From Squalus acanthias (taxonomy: Eukaryota), in the NCBI GenBank assembly GCA_030390025.1, contig CM059432.1:6448001-6512000 (forward strand): a DNA stretch of 64,000 bases, given 5' to 3'. This document shows, one piece after another, positions 62,764 through 64,000 of the stretch. Made by a program: the position numbers and the translations under genes. The notes beneath the pieces were generated by a model that saw nothing but the letters and a program-made list of their open reading frames with translations, was not told the DNA's origin and ran no database searches. Every line of letters begins with the position of its first letter. The stretch's first letter is position 1.

Positions 62764-62933
62764 AAACTGTGGATGAGAACAGAACATTGCCAAGCCAAGA
62801 AGAGGTGGCTGCTTTAGAGGAGTATATTCCAACAAGATTAACATGTATAACTGTTTTAAAAACCACAATTACAATTACTCTGGCTGAGTTCAACCTACTA
62901 GACAATTTACTTCCTATAATTTTAGGTCAAAAG
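62764..62933 (+). CDS. VPS13B: VPS13B coding exon (approx. human exon 14), 170 bp, phase 1 in / phase 0 out
   Basis: aacctttcAG acceptor, AAG|GTAATG donor. Encodes (E)TVDENRTLPSQEEVAALEEYIPTRLTCITVLKTTITITLAEFNLLDNLLPIILGQK. Confidence 0.95.
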
Positions 62934-63405
62934 GTAATGAGCCTCTACCCAAAAACAATCTTATAAATGTATGTAAGAGAGGAAGTGGTTTTTTTTTAGG
63001 GCATAATATTTCTTCAAATAGTTTGACAAATTGGAGAACAGAATATCAATTATTCTTTAACAATTTTTAACTATGCTTTTTGCCACATTGTGGTTTAAAA
63101 TAAAAATACATGTAAATTTGAAACATCGGATGCACAAAAGACCTGTGTTGAGGTCACAGCCTTCTGTGGTCAAGAGGCCTGATTATTTCACTGCTCTGCT
63201 GCTGCCTGGGAGGCACTCAGCCGGTGCTTAAAGTGGAATTTGATCATGAAGGGATATTCCGTCTTTCCACCTGGCAAATGCTTTGAAACTTCTGTGGTGT
63301 GATGCTCCTGCTGCCTTGTCTTGTCTCTACTGAGAGTCCCGAGCTTCTCTCCCTGCCTTCCTTCCTCCAGCATTTAATTAGAAAAAAAACCCTGAAACGT
63401 TAGAG

Positions 63406-63765
63406 TATAAAATTATGAGGGGCCTAGATAGAGTGGCTAGGAAGGACCTATTTCTCGTAGCAGAGAGGTCAATAACCAGGGGGCAGAGATTTAAAGTAAT
63501 TGGTAGAAAGATTAGAGGGGAGTTGAGCACCTTTTTCACCCAGAGGGTGTTGGGGTCTGGGACTCACTGCCTGAAAGGATGGTAGAGGCAGAAATGCTCA
63601 TTGCATTTGAAAAGTACTTGGATATTCACTTGAAGTGCCGTAACCTACAGGGCTACGGACCAAGAGCTGGAAAGTGGGATTAGGCTGGATAGCTCTTTTT
63701 CGGCTGGCACAGACACGATGGGCCGAATGGCTTCCATCTGTGCTGTAAATTTCTATGATTCTATG
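63406..63765 (+). mobile_element. CR1 3' fragment
   Basis: YKIMRGLDRV...FFTQRV remnant; (TTCTATGA)n tail; same subfamily as 56803-57190. Confidence 0.9.
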
Positions 63766-64000
63766 AAGCTATAATGTTGAACTAGGTACTGGTTGAAGTC
63801 TTCATAACAATGTTTGAATTCCCTATCAACTGGTAGAAGACTGACAAAATAGATCAGTTGGGAAGGGAAGAGTCAACTACACTCGGAAGGGTGGGAGCAG
63901 GGAAAACAAAAGCAATCAGAAAAAGTAAGTAATAAGATAGAAATGTATGGGGGAATGAGAAGCAGTTATGATAGAGGAAGATGTGGATTTAATAGCACGA

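Overview
Vertebrate genomic DNA, most likely a shark (inferred from the repeat complement: abundant CR1 and L2 LINEs, SacSINE1/DeuSINE-like SINEs and Penelope-like elements). The window lies inside one + strand protein-coding gene. Seven GT-AG exons (11212-11492, 27169-27264, 29704-29826, 35230-35367, 43958-44045, 56471-56665, 62764-62933) splice in frame into a peptide I recognise as the N-terminal region of VPS13B (COH1), from memory matching human exons 8-14. The rest is intron packed with nested transposon relics: CR1, CR1-Zenon-like, L2 and Vingi-like LINEs, SINEs, Harbinger-like and hAT-like MITEs, a TA-flanked long-TIR element and a 31-bp minisatellite. The most notable signal is about ten copies of a Penelope-derived minimal hammerhead ribozyme motif (AGTT-CTGAnGA-stem II-GAA-ACGT-H-AACT). 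Several sit in 110-220 bp, mostly fold-back mini-elements bounded by 11-15 bp direct repeats, and two intact copies are in the VPS13B sense orientation. Repeat family names come from pattern recognition, not database searches, and repeat boundaries are approximate unless a TSD is given. Nearly all ORFs in the supplied track are transposon fragments or noise.
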